In this document: one piece after another, positions 10,346-19,379 of the stretch
Layout: every line of letters begins with the position of its first letter
Position numbering within the stretch: position 1 is the first letter of the stretch
Assembly (NCBI GenBank): GCA_016285345.1
Contig: JAEEQN010000010.1
Location: 3,465-67,464 of the forward strand
Reading direction: 5' to 3'
Length of the DNA: 64,000 nt
From: Victivallales bacterium
GTDB taxonomy: Bacteria > Verrucomicrobiota > Lentisphaeria > Victivallales > UBA1829
Notes under the pieces: model-generated
What the model was told of the DNA's origin: nothing
The model's database searches: none
The model's input: the letters and a program-made list of their open reading frames with translations, nothing else
Program-made: the position numbers and the translations under genes

Positions 10346-11347
10346 ATGAAAATCCGGATCCTCATCGTCTTTGCGTTGTCGATATCGACCGCGGTCATAT
10401 CCGCAGCATGCTGTCAGGAAACTGTCCCCAGGACAGAATCGGAACCGCTCGCAGAGTACCGGCTATCCAATCCGTCCGCCGGAGAAAAGACCAGGGCCGT
10501 TTATCGGTTCCTGTGCGAAAACTACGGAAAAAGGATCATCTCCGGCCAGCAGGAATCGACCTGGATGGGATCGCCGGAATATGAAATGGACCTGATCCGG
10601 AAGGAAACGGGAAAGACGCCTGCGCTGCGGGGGCTGGATTTCATGAACGATGATTTCGACGGCGTCACGAAGCGTGCGAAGGACTGGTGGAACCGCGGCG
10701 GCCTCGTCACGATCTGCTGGCATGCCGGAATCTACGGCGGCGGATACGATGAATCAAAAAATGATGTACCCGATTTCCGGCTTCTTCTGGATGAGCGGAC
10801 CGAGGAACACCGGAAGATGATCGCGAACTGGGACCGCGCCGCGCGGGCGCTTGCGGAATTGCAGGACGCGGGCGTGGTCGTGCTCTGGAGGCCGTTCCAC
10901 GAATTCGACGGCAAATGGTTCTGGTGGGGCAAAGGCTCGCCGGAGGATTTTATTCAGCTGTGGCGCATGATGTATCGGCGCTATACGGAACACTTCCGCC
11001 TGAACAACCTGATCTGGGTCCTGGGGTACTCCGGCGAGGTCCGGGACGGCTGGTATGTCGGCGACGATTTCTGCGACGTGATCGGCTCGGACACGTACGA
11101 CGGGACCGAACATCAGAACGGCTGGAACAAACTTCTCCGAGTCGGCGCATCAAACAAGCCGTTCGCGTTCCACGAATGCGGGAATCTGCCCTCTCTTCAG
11201 GCTTTCTTTGAAAAAGACTGTATCTGGTCCTGGTTCATGATCTGGCACACGACCTGGCTGGAAGCGAACAAGGGCGGGATTCTCCGCGAATACTACAACG
11301 ACGAACGCATCATTACGCTGGAAGACATTCAGGACCTTTTCCGCTGA
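10346..11347 (+). CDS. GH26 beta-mannanase-like glycoside hydrolase, lipoprotein
   Basis: 333-aa ORF. Lipobox (VISAAC). GH26 acid/base block LWRPFHEFDGKWFWWG and nucleophile block FAFHECG. Confidence 0.85.
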   Translation: MKIRILIVFALSISTAVISAACCQETVPRTESEPLAEYRLSNPSAGEKTRAVYRFLCENYGKRIISGQQESTWMGSPEYEMDLIRKETGKTPALRGLDFMNDDFDGVTKRAKDWWNRGGLVTICWHAGIYGGGYDESKNDVPDFRLLLDERTEEHRKMIANWDRAARALAELQDAGVVVLWRPFHEFDGKWFWWGKGSPEDFIQLWRMMYRRYTEHFRLNNLIWVLGYSGEVRDGWYVGDDFCDVIGSDTYDGTEHQNGWNKLLRVGASNKPFAFHECGNLPSLQAFFEKDCIWSWFMIWHTTWLEANKGGILREYYNDERIITLEDIQDLFR

Positions 11348-11368
11348 GATCCGTTCTGTTGTGTTTCT

Positions 11369-11701
11369 TCAGGACTTCAGGTTGCGGAGGGCGTCCGGGT
11401 TGTTCCCGATGATCATGCCGACTTTTCCGCAGGTCTCCAGTTCGGCGCAGTCGCCGCACGTCGCGACATTCCGGCTCAGGGCGCACTGCCGGACGGGGCA
11501 CAGGGATTCGCAGTAGGGCGTCTTCACGCCGTTGACCCGGCAGCCGACGCAGTTGATCATGGCAGGCGTGATCTCCACGCCGTTCAGCTCGCTCCAGTGC
11601 TTCGCGACTTTTTCACGCAGCGCGTTGTCATCGTGAAGCGTCGCGGCGCGCGCCTCGCATTGTTCGCAATCCAGTCCGCAGTATGCGATCAAATCTTTCA
11701 C
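11369..11701 (-). CDS. DUF3795 domain-containing Cys-rich protein
   Basis: IAYCGLDCEQCEA...CVGCR...CPVRQC...CGDC pattern typical of DUF3795. The track ORF extends to 11776, but an in-frame GTG at 11701 sits 5 nt after AAGGAGG, so I prefer the shorter form. Confidence 0.75.
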   Translation of the reverse strand: MKDLIAYCGLDCEQCEARAATLHDDNALREKVAKHWSELNGVEITPAMINCVGCRVNGVKTPYCESLCPVRQCALSRNVATCGDCAELETCGKVGMIIGNNPDALRNLKS

Positions 11702-11800
11702 AGTGGCCTCCTTGGATGTATTGGTATCTGCTACGATACAATACCATAAACCATCAAAAAAGTCAAACGTACACAAAGGAAAGATTCTCTTTTTCCAGGC

Positions 11801-11828
11801 TTGAAAATAGCCCGAATCCTGCTATAGT
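11801..11828 (+). promoter_or_regulatory. sigma70-like promoter upstream of the Y-family polymerase operon
   Basis: TTGAAA (11801-11806), 16 nt spacer, TATAGT (11823-11828). Confidence 0.5.
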
Positions 11829-11938
11829 ATCGTCCGGGAATTTCTCCCGCGTCATGCCGTGAACGGTCCGCTTCGGACCGCCGGACGGCATGCGAATCCG
11901 GCGCGAACGAATCCGCCATTTTCCGAACCCGACTTTCC

Positions 11939-13447
11939 ATGAACACCCGTACCTACATCGCAATCGACCTAAAATCGTTCTACGCCTCGGTGGAATGCGT
12001 CGACCGGAAGCGCAATCCGCTCACGACGAACCTCGTGGTGGCGGACGAAAGCCGCACGGAAAAAACGATCTGCCTCGCCGTTTCGCCGTCGCTGAAGGCG
12101 TACGGGATCCCCGGCCGCGCCCGGCTGTTCGAGGTCGTCCAGCGTGTCCGCGAGGTCAACGGCGAACGCCTTGACCGTGCGCCGGGGCATCGTTTCCGGG
12201 GGAAATCCGACAGCGCGCCCGAGCTCGCGAAAGACCCGTCGCTGGAGCTCGGCTACATCGTCGCCGTGCCGCGCATGGGCCGCTACATGGAAGTCAGCTC
12301 GCACATCTACAGCATCTACCTGCGGCACGTCGCGCCGGAGGACATCCACGTGTATTCCATTGACGAGGTGTTCATTGACGCGACCGCGTACCTGAAGATG
12401 TACAAGCTCACGGCGCGCGAATTCGCCATGAAGCTCGTCCGCGAGGTCCTGAAGGAGACAGGCATCACCGCCACCGCCGGGATCGGGACCAACCTCTATC
12501 TCGGCAAGATCGCCATGGACATCGTCGCCAAGCACATCCCGGCGGACCGGGACGGCGTACGCATCGCCGAGCTGGATGAGCAGACCTACCGCGAAAAACT
12601 CTGGACGCACCGTCCGCTCACCGATTTCTGGCGCGTCGGACGCGGCTACGCCCGGCGGCTGGAATCGCGCGGAATGCGCACGATGGGCGACGTGGCGCGG
12701 ATGTCGGTGCGAAACGAGGACGTGCTGTACCGGCTCTTCGGGATCAACGCCGAACTGCTGATCGACCACGCGTGGGGCTGGGAGCCGGTCGGCATCGCCG
12801 AGATCAAGGCGTACAGGCCGGAAAACAACAGCCTGAGTTCCGGGCAGGTGCTGAAGGAACCGTACGACTTCGAAAAGGCAAAGCTCGTGACGAAGGAGAT
12901 GACCGACCTGCTCGCGCTCAGCCTCGTCGAAAAACACCTCGTGACCGACCAGCTGATCCTGACCGTGGGGTACGACGTCGCGAACCTGGCGACGCCGGAG
13001 CTCCGTCGCAAATACAAGGGCGAAATTCACATCAACCACTACGGACGCGAGGTCCCGAAGGGCGCGCACGGAGCCGAAAACCTCGGGGGGCACACGTCCT
13101 CGTCGCAACGCCTGATCGAGGCGGCGTCCGCGATCTTCGACCGGGTCGTCGACCGGAACCTGCTCGTGCGCCGCATCACGGTCGCCGCGAACCATATCCT
13201 AACCGAAAACGAAGCAAGGCAGCAGCCGTCCGAACCGGAACAGCCCGACCTTTTCACGGACGCCGCCGCGCTCAGGAAACAACAGGCCGCCGAGGAAGCC
13301 GAACGCGACCGCGAGAAACGTCTCCAGAACGCCATCCTGGACATCAAGCACAAGCTCGGCAAGAACGCCATTCTGAAGGGCATGAATCTGCTGGAGGGCG
13401 CGACCGCGAAGGAACGCAACGAGCAGGTCGGCGGGCACAAGGAATGA
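11939..13447 (+). CDS. Y-family DNA polymerase (ImpB/MucB/SamB, UmuC/UvrX-like)
   Basis: 502-aa ORF. N-terminus YIAIDLKSFYASVECVDRKRNP... is the canonical Y-family palm opening. The C-terminal tail ...GKNAILKGMNL...RNEQVGGHKE is typical of the UvrX-like subgroup. Confidence 0.9.
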   Translation: MNTRTYIAIDLKSFYASVECVDRKRNPLTTNLVVADESRTEKTICLAVSPSLKAYGIPGRARLFEVVQRVREVNGERLDRAPGHRFRGKSDSAPELAKDPSLELGYIVAVPRMGRYMEVSSHIYSIYLRHVAPEDIHVYSIDEVFIDATAYLKMYKLTAREFAMKLVREVLKETGITATAGIGTNLYLGKIAMDIVAKHIPADRDGVRIAELDEQTYREKLWTHRPLTDFWRVGRGYARRLESRGMRTMGDVARMSVRNEDVLYRLFGINAELLIDHAWGWEPVGIAEIKAYRPENNSLSSGQVLKEPYDFEKAKLVTKEMTDLLALSLVEKHLVTDQLILTVGYDVANLATPELRRKYKGEIHINHYGREVPKGAHGAENLGGHTSSSQRLIEAASAIFDRVVDRNLLVRRITVAANHILTENEARQQPSEPEQPDLFTDAAALRKQQAAEEAERDREKRLQNAILDIKHKLGKNAILKGMNLLEGATAKERNEQVGGHKE

Positions 13448-13455
13448 GGTGAACC

Positions 13456-13887
13456 ATGGAAAAACAACCCCATCCGTACGAAGACATCCTCCACCTGCCG
13501 CACCATGTTTCGAAGGAGCGTCCGCGCATGTCCATGCTCGACCGCGCCGCGCAGTTCTCGCCGTTCGCCGCGCTGGTCGGATATGAGGACATCATCGACG
13601 AGACGGCACGCCTGACGACGCCGGAACGCGAGCTGGACGATGTGGAGAAAGCCGAACTTGACCGCCGCGTCGGCATCCTCGCCGCGCACCTCAGGGAAAA
13701 ACCGGTCGTCACGGTCGAATATTTCGTCCCGGACAAGCTCAAATCCGGCGGCGCGTACCAGACACGCACCGGGGCGCTTGTCCGGATCTCTCCCGTAAGG
13801 AAGACCCTGACCCTCGCAGACGGCACGTCGATCCGGTTCAAGGACGTTGTCGGGATCGAGTCCGACCTCTTCCGCGAAGAATTCTAG
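13456..13887 (+). CDS. YolD-like protein (UmuD-analog partner of Y-family polymerases)
   Basis: 143-aa ORF, 8 nt after the polymerase stop, with a GAGGTG RBS. The block RPRMSMLDRAAQFSPFAAL.GYE matches the YolD-like family hallmark. Confidence 0.75.
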   Translation: MEKQPHPYEDILHLPHHVSKERPRMSMLDRAAQFSPFAALVGYEDIIDETARLTTPERELDDVEKAELDRRVGILAAHLREKPVVTVEYFVPDKLKSGGAYQTRTGALVRISPVRKTLTLADGTSIRFKDVVGIESDLFREEF

Positions 13888-13899
13888 CCCCCGCCCTGC

Positions 13900-14427
13900 A
13901 TGGAAACGCCTGTGGATTACGTTCATCATTACAAATCGCCGCTCGGCGGGATCACACTCGCTTCGGACGGGACCACGCTCGTCGGGCTGTGGTTCGACGA
14001 ACAGCGTTTTTTCGCGGCCTCGCTTTCCCCGGATCAGGAAGAAAAAACGCTCTCAATTTTTGAACAGGCGGACCGCTGGCTGGACCTCTATTTCAGCGGC
14101 AGGGATCCCGGATTCACGCCGCCTGTCAAGCTCCGCGCCACGGAATTCCGGCGGGCTGTCTGCGACATCATGCTCGCCATCCCGTACGGACGCACCATGA
14201 CCTATGGCAGGATCGCAGAGATTATCGCTCGGCAAAAAGGCGTCCCGCGTATGTCGGCGCAGGCGGTCGGCGGCGCGGTCGGACACAACCCCGTTTCCCT
14301 GATCGTGCCGTGCCATCGGGTCATCGGCACGGGCGGCGCGCTCGTCGGGTACGGCGGCGGACTTGAACGGAAAGCCGCGCTGCTCGAACTGGAGCACGCC
14401 AATCTTTCAGGCGACTTTGTTCCCTGA
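13900..14427 (+). CDS. ogt: methylated-DNA--protein-cysteine methyltransferase
   Basis: 175-aa ORF. Active-site motif IVPCHRVIG and the helix-turn-helix block TYGRIAEIIARQKG. Confidence 0.9.
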   Translation: METPVDYVHHYKSPLGGITLASDGTTLVGLWFDEQRFFAASLSPDQEEKTLSIFEQADRWLDLYFSGRDPGFTPPVKLRATEFRRAVCDIMLAIPYGRTMTYGRIAEIIARQKGVPRMSAQAVGGAVGHNPVSLIVPCHRVIGTGGALVGYGGGLERKAALLELEHANLSGDFVP

Positions 14428-14435
14428 CATCACAG

Positions 14436-15293
14436 TCAGGAGTTCGCCATCTTCTTTTGTGCCTTTTTTTCCGCTTTGAACTCTTCCCAGCGGATCCGGG
14501 CTGCGATGGCCTCCTCCACGGCCCGGCATAACGTATCAAGATCGAACCGCTTGACCTTCGTCGCGTCCAGATAAACTCGCAGGAACCCGCGGCGTTCCTC
14601 CTGCGTGAACGCATAGTGCCACAGGTAATACCCGAGATCCTCCGCGATGCGCCGTTTCAGCCATCGTCCCCACGCGCGGCGGCATCTGGCGACATCAATC
14701 CAGCGTATTTCCATCTGACGCCCCTCCGCGTCCGGTTCCGGCAGCTTGCGCCAGAGCTCGTTCCACGGCGTGAATCCGCCATGATAGATCCCCGCATCGT
14801 GCAGGCGGGCGATGAGGATGAAATTGCTGCGCGTGAATTCATCACGCATCGCGGTCTCGTGTGACTGCGACTCCAAGAAATACCGGCCGTCCAGAAACCC
14901 GTCGGCAAACTCCGTGGCGAGAAAGCAATTACGGATGCGGAAAAAACCGCGGCCCTCGCCCACTGCGACCAGTTTCACCACAGGCAACCCCAGGCGTGCC
15001 AACCGCTTGTTCTTGTATGCTTCCTTGGTCGCCTGTGTCCATGAAAACCCATACGGCAACCACCGGATGCTGACACACCACTTGCACGCCAGATCCAGCC
15101 CGGACGCGGTCTTCAGGCGAAGCACATACTTTCTTTTTGTCCGCCAGAGAACATCCAGCCCGGAATCCAACCCGGGCGGCCCCGCCCGCAGAACATCGCG
15201 GAGTTCGGCGGCATCCTTTCGGATCCAGCACCACGAGCGCGCCGGGGTCCACTCCAGGCCGGTGAATGTTCCGGAGATCGTTTCTTTTCGCAT
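14436..15293 (-). CDS. lipopolysaccharide kinase (Kdo/WaaP/InaA)-like protein, possibly catalytically inactive
   Basis: The track ORF runs to 15491, but the sequence turns AT-rich beyond about 15300. The ATG at 15293 (MRKETISG...) follows AGGAAAG. The kinase-like block IARLHDAGIYHGGFTPWNEL has HGG where HRD/HGD is expected. Confidence 0.6.
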   Translation of the reverse strand: MRKETISGTFTGLEWTPARSWCWIRKDAAELRDVLRAGPPGLDSGLDVLWRTKRKYVLRLKTASGLDLACKWCVSIRWLPYGFSWTQATKEAYKNKRLARLGLPVVKLVAVGEGRGFFRIRNCFLATEFADGFLDGRYFLESQSHETAMRDEFTRSNFILIARLHDAGIYHGGFTPWNELWRKLPEPDAEGRQMEIRWIDVARCRRAWGRWLKRRIAEDLGYYLWHYAFTQEERRGFLRVYLDATKVKRFDLDTLCRAVEEAIAARIRWEEFKAEKKAQKKMANS

Positions 15294-15583
15294 TGTTCTT
15301 TCCTGTTTCGTATGTAGGGTTGGCCCGCGGACAATGTTCCAGCTATTTACAACCAACATAGCTTTTTTTCCGCTTTCTCCTATCAATATAACTTCTTTTC
15401 TTCTTGATTTCAAGTTCCTGAAAGAGATAATGACGTTTTTTTCCGAATTGTAATAGAACGCGGTTTGAATCCATCCCGGAATCCGGCTCAAAACAGCATC
15501 GCCACCTTGAAACAGTGGAAAAAGATGTTATATTTATCCACATCAATTCAATTATAACGGAACAAACCCAACAGAACCGCAGC

Positions 15584-17326
15584 ATGAATCACGACCGGAC
15601 ACAGACAGGAATTCCGCCGGATTCCGTTATCCGCGACAACGATGCGGCATCGATACTGAAGCCGCCACGACCCGAGCGTCGTCAGGATGCGCGCCGCCGG
15701 AATCTTTTTATCCTGGTCTGCTGCGTTCTGTTCGCGCTCCTGACGGCGATCCGGGTCCTGAACATCTGGAGCAACACGCCCGAATACGACGAAATATGGA
15801 CGGTCCAGCACTACAGGAATCTCCCGGTTCCGGCCGTTTTTTCCGACGTCTCCACGCCGAACAACCATGTGTTGAACACGCTCGGGATCAAGTTTTTTCT
15901 GAACATACTCCCTCCTCACAATTTCGCAATAAGACTGACTGCGCTGCTGGGGTTCTGCGGATTATTCGTGATCCTGCTCAGAGCGGTGCTTCTGCTCCTG
16001 AAAAACAATACGGCGCGCGCAGGGGTCCTGACGGCGGTGCTTCTGAACGGCATGCTGCTTCATTACGCCGAAACGGCCCGCGGGTATTCGCTTCAGGCGT
16101 TTTTCGTGTTCGGCCTGCTGTTCTCCCTGCTCTGCTTCTCGTTCAGACCGCGGGAAAACCGTATGTTCAACGCCGTCATGTGGCTGCTGTGCGCGGAGGG
16201 CGCATGCCTGTCCGTCTCGTCCGGCGTGCTGTACGTCGTGATCCTGACCGGATTGTGGGTGCTGCTGTATGTGCCGTTCAGGGACGGCATCAAAAAGATC
16301 TGGCATGACAACCGTCCGCTGATCCTCGCCGGAATACTCTGGAGTGTGTTCGTTCTCATCTGGTACGGCGGCAACTGTTCGCGGTTCGCGGAAGGACGCG
16401 CCATGTTCGGCGACTCGTTCCGGACTCCGGCGCAGTTTCTGACCTACTGTTTCGATGTCGCGCGGGACACCGGATTGCTCTGGACGCTGCCGCTTCTAGT
16501 GCTCTGCGGTATCCTGCTTCAGGGAAAACCCCAATGGCGGATTTGTGCGCTGACCGGAGGCGCAATTGTTCTTTTGTTCGCCTCGGCGCTGGTCACAAAA
16601 GGAGGCCCCGCGCGCATTTACCTGGCGCTGTTCGCTCCGGCGGTCTTCGGGCTCGGCGCGGCGGCGGATATCCTGCTCTCGGAAAACACGAAGTTCAAAA
16701 AAGCAAGTCTCTGGCTCCTGCTGATCCTGGCCGCGGTCTGCATTTTCTGTTCGGACAGAGACCGCCGGAAGGCCGCCGCGCCGGATCTGGCCGCAGTGTT
16801 CCGCAAGGTTGCAAAGATGGATTCCCGGATATTCGTCTCCTACAAATCGACGGACCTGTACGTGCTGCGGATGCTGTTCCGGGAGGACATCATGCCGGAC
16901 AACGACGAACGCCAGCGCGCCCCCGAAATGCTTCTGGTGCTGAACGATAATACGATTTCCGCCGTTCATGCCTGCGATCCGCCCGTCGAGGAGTTCGTGC
17001 AGCCGGGCGCGAATCCGGCGGACAGCGGATATGTCGTGCCCGGGGAAACACTTCAATTCTGGCTCTACCGGTTGCGACCGCTCACCCCCGGCGAAACACT
17101 GGACGGGAAAGCGGTCCTGTGCTTCTCGGACGACACCATCCCCGACGACATGAAACACTGGCTGATCGACAACTGCGGGATCGTGAACAGCATGCTTTTC
17201 TCGCCGGAGACCACACGTATCTGCTACGGATTCTCCGGATCGAGGCTGAACGTGACCGCCGACATGCTGCTTGAGATGGAAGAAGCCGCCAAGGGCGGAC
17301 TCTTCTTCAGGATCGTTTCGGACTGA
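15584..17326 (+). CDS. polytopic membrane protein, ArnT/PMT_2 (GT39/GT83)-like glycosyltransferase candidate
   Basis: The ORF 15515..17326 has 10 or more hydrophobic helices. An early-loop YDEIWT motif resembles the DE motif of ArnT-like transferases. It has a soluble tail of about 200 aa. The start is uncertain: 15515, or the ATG at 15584 (MNHDRT). Confidence 0.45.
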   Translation: MNHDRTQTGIPPDSVIRDNDAASILKPPRPERRQDARRRNLFILVCCVLFALLTAIRVLNIWSNTPEYDEIWTVQHYRNLPVPAVFSDVSTPNNHVLNTLGIKFFLNILPPHNFAIRLTALLGFCGLFVILLRAVLLLLKNNTARAGVLTAVLLNGMLLHYAETARGYSLQAFFVFGLLFSLLCFSFRPRENRMFNAVMWLLCAEGACLSVSSGVLYVVILTGLWVLLYVPFRDGIKKIWHDNRPLILAGILWSVFVLIWYGGNCSRFAEGRAMFGDSFRTPAQFLTYCFDVARDTGLLWTLPLLVLCGILLQGKPQWRICALTGGAIVLLFASALVTKGGPARIYLALFAPAVFGLGAAADILLSENTKFKKASLWLLLILAAVCIFCSDRDRRKAAAPDLAAVFRKVAKMDSRIFVSYKSTDLYVLRMLFREDIMPDNDERQRAPEMLLVLNDNTISAVHACDPPVEEFVQPGANPADSGYVVPGETLQFWLYRLRPLTPGETLDGKAVLCFSDDTIPDDMKHWLIDNCGIVNSMLFSPETTRICYGFSGSRLNVTADMLLEMEEAAKGGLFFRIVSD

Positions 17327-17344
17327 ACACATCCATCCACGCCC

Positions 17345-19195
17345 TCACAGCACCGGGTAGCTGCCGAGGAGTTTGAGCTCTTCCGTGAGCGGCTTCAGGC
17401 CAGCGAGCGCGGCGGACACGCGCGGCGCGTTGGCCGCCCCCTCGATATCGACGAAGAACCGGTAGTGCCAGCAGCCGGAGCCGGAGGGACGGCTCTCGAT
17501 CATGGTGAGCGTGACGCCGGCGTTCTTGAACGGCTCGAGGCAGTCGTGCAGCGCGCCGAAGCGTTCGCGCGCAGTGAAGCAGATGCAGCATTTCGCGTGC
17601 GGCATGAGCGTGTTTTCCGCGCGGGACAGGATCAGGAAGCGTGTGCGGTTGTCCGGCGTGTCCTGAATGGAACGGTCCAGGATGTTCAGGTGGTACTGCG
17701 CGGCGATGCTCTCCCCGCCGATGACTGCGGCGTTCGGGCTGAGCGCGGCGAACTCGGCGGCGCGCGCGTTGGAGCCCACGCCCACGGTCTCGACGTCCGG
17801 GAAATTGCGTTCGAGGTATTTCCGGCACTGGCCGAGCGACTGCACATGACTGTAGATGACGCCGATCTTCTCCTTCGGCACGGACGCCATGAGGCAGTGA
17901 TGGATGTTCATGGACGTCTCGGCGTATATCTTCAGCGTGGTCTCCGCCAGCACGTCCAGCGTGCCGATCACGACGCCCTCCGTGGTGTTCTCGACCGGCA
18001 CGCAGCCGTATTCGCATTCGCCGGTCTCGACCGCCGCGAAGACGTTCTGGATGCCGGAGCACGGACGGTACTCGGCGGTCTCGGCGAAGACCTTCCGCGC
18101 GGCCTCGTGCGTGAACGTCCCGGCTGGCCCGAGGTACGCCACGCGCGGCTTGGAGGTGGAGATGGAGTGCGGCGTGCCGTGGCGCAGGCGTTCCGCGGCA
18201 TTCAGGATCAGGCGTTCTGTCTCGTCGAACCCGATGCAGGCGTCCGTGACGGATACGCGCGGATCGGGCGCGACGCCTGGCATCAGGTTCTGTTTGCCGG
18301 GCAGGAGAGAGCTTTCGAGCATCAGGCCAACGATGCCGTCGTTCCCGGCGAGCTTCTGCGCCAGGACGTCCTCGAAGACGATGTGCTGGCGGCCGGGGTC
18401 GCGCCGCGAATTTCCGTGGCTGCAGTCGACCGCGACCGTGCGCGGGATTCCCGCGTTTTCGAGCTTGCGGAGCGCTGCGTCGATGCACGCGGCGTAGTAG
18501 TTTTCGCCGGAGATGCCGCCGCGCAGGACCAGGTGGCAGTACGGATTGCCCTCGCTGCGGATGATCCCGCTGCGGCCGTCGTGCATGATCCCGATGTAGC
18601 TGTGCGGCGCGCGGGCGGCGCAGATGGCGTCCACGGCGATCTGCAGGTTGCCGTCGGTGCTGTTCTTGAACCCGACGGGCATATCGAGCGAGCTCGCGAG
18701 CTGGCGATGCGTCTGGGATTCCGTAGTGCGCGCGCCGATCCCCGCCCATGAAACGAGCTCGGCGAGGTAATTCGCGATAGCCGGGTCGAGCAGTTCCGTG
18801 GCGGTGCCGAGCCCGTACGCCGACACGTCCAGCAGGAGCTTGCGGGCGAGTTCCAGGCCGCGCGCGATGTCGCTGCCGCCGTCCAGGTCCGGGTCGTACA
18901 CCAGTCCCTTCCAGCCGAGCGTGGTGCGCGGTTTCTCGAAATAGCACCGCATCACGATCTTGACCTCGTCGGAGACGCGTTCCGAAAGCTTCGCGAGCTT
19001 CTCCGCGTATTCCAGCGCGGCGGGCACGTTGTGGATCGAGCACGGCCCGGCGATGACCACCAGACGCTTGTCCGTCCGGTCGAAGATGCGCCGCAGTTCC
19101 GCGCGGTTCCGGTTGATGTGCTCCACGATGTCCGCGTTCGGCGCGAGTTCGGACGCGAGCTGTTCGGGCGATTTGATGGGCTGTTCCTGGTTCAT
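17345..19195 (-). CDS. bifunctional 3-deoxy-7-phosphoheptulonate (DAHP) synthase class I / prephenate dehydratase with C-terminal ACT domain
   Basis: 616-aa ORF. The N-terminal 350 aa are collinear with E. coli AroG (LVVIAGPCSIH, KIVMRCYFEKPRTTLGWKGL, IGARTTESQTHR, GFKNSTDG, DCSHGNS). They are followed by PDT (RVAYLGPAGTFTHEAA, NRTRFL) and ACT (TMIESRPS...YRFFVDIEG). Confidence 0.9.
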   Translation of the reverse strand: MNQEQPIKSPEQLASELAPNADIVEHINRNRAELRRIFDRTDKRLVVIAGPCSIHNVPAALEYAEKLAKLSERVSDEVKIVMRCYFEKPRTTLGWKGLVYDPDLDGGSDIARGLELARKLLLDVSAYGLGTATELLDPAIANYLAELVSWAGIGARTTESQTHRQLASSLDMPVGFKNSTDGNLQIAVDAICAARAPHSYIGIMHDGRSGIIRSEGNPYCHLVLRGGISGENYYAACIDAALRKLENAGIPRTVAVDCSHGNSRRDPGRQHIVFEDVLAQKLAGNDGIVGLMLESSLLPGKQNLMPGVAPDPRVSVTDACIGFDETERLILNAAERLRHGTPHSISTSKPRVAYLGPAGTFTHEAARKVFAETAEYRPCSGIQNVFAAVETGECEYGCVPVENTTEGVVIGTLDVLAETTLKIYAETSMNIHHCLMASVPKEKIGVIYSHVQSLGQCRKYLERNFPDVETVGVGSNARAAEFAALSPNAAVIGGESIAAQYHLNILDRSIQDTPDNRTRFLILSRAENTLMPHAKCCICFTARERFGALHDCLEPFKNAGVTLTMIESRPSGSGCWHYRFFVDIEGAANAPRVSAALAGLKPLTEELKLLGSYPVL

Positions 19196-19243
19196 TTTGT
19201 TGTCCTTCGGGTTGTATTTGGTATTTTGAGAAGTCGTTTCGGG

Positions 19244-19283
19244 AAAAAGAAAACCGCATTCGGGGTTCGGGGCCCGGATGCGG
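19244..19283 (-). terminator. intrinsic terminator hairpin 2 in the 5' leader of the DAHPS-PDT gene
   Basis: Minus-strand RNA CCGCAUCCGGG...CCCGAAUGCGG (one mismatch) followed by UUUUCUUUUU. It lies 48 nt upstream of the ATG at 19195. Confidence 0.6.
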
Positions 19284-19296
19284 CTGTGTCTGCTGG

Positions 19297-19337
19297 AAAA
19301 AGAAAACGGGTCGGGCCTTCTTGGGGCCGAACCCGTC
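19297..19337 (-). terminator. intrinsic terminator hairpin 1 (attenuator 3:4 element)
   Basis: Minus-strand RNA CGGGUUCGGCC-CCAAGAA-GGCCCGACCCG followed by UUUUCUUUUU. It has the same tail as hairpin 2. Confidence 0.6.
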
Positions 19338-19379
19338 TGATGTCATGACTTTCGCGTGTACACGTGCAAACGGGCTTCG

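Noticed and set aside
11829-11938. Search for a LexA/SOS box upstream of the Y-family polymerase.
   Set aside because: No CTGT-N8-ACAG, GAAC-N4-GTTC or similar palindrome was found, so no regulatory site is claimed.
15300-15583. N-terminal extensions of the kinase-like ORF (to 15491) and the membrane-protein ORF (from 15515) across an AT-rich gap.
   Set aside because: The composition changes sharply and the extensions encode implausible sequence. Internal ATGs with better context were preferred, but the starts remain uncertain.
17307-19346. 679-aa minus-strand ORF whose N-terminus (MTSDGFGPKKARPVFFFQQ...) contains a Phe run, considered as a Phe leader peptide.
   Set aside because: The FFF is simply the translated U-tract of terminator 1. 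The ORF runs out of frame through the whole DAHPS-PDT gene. The separate 21-codon ORF at 19445..19380 is the better leader candidate.
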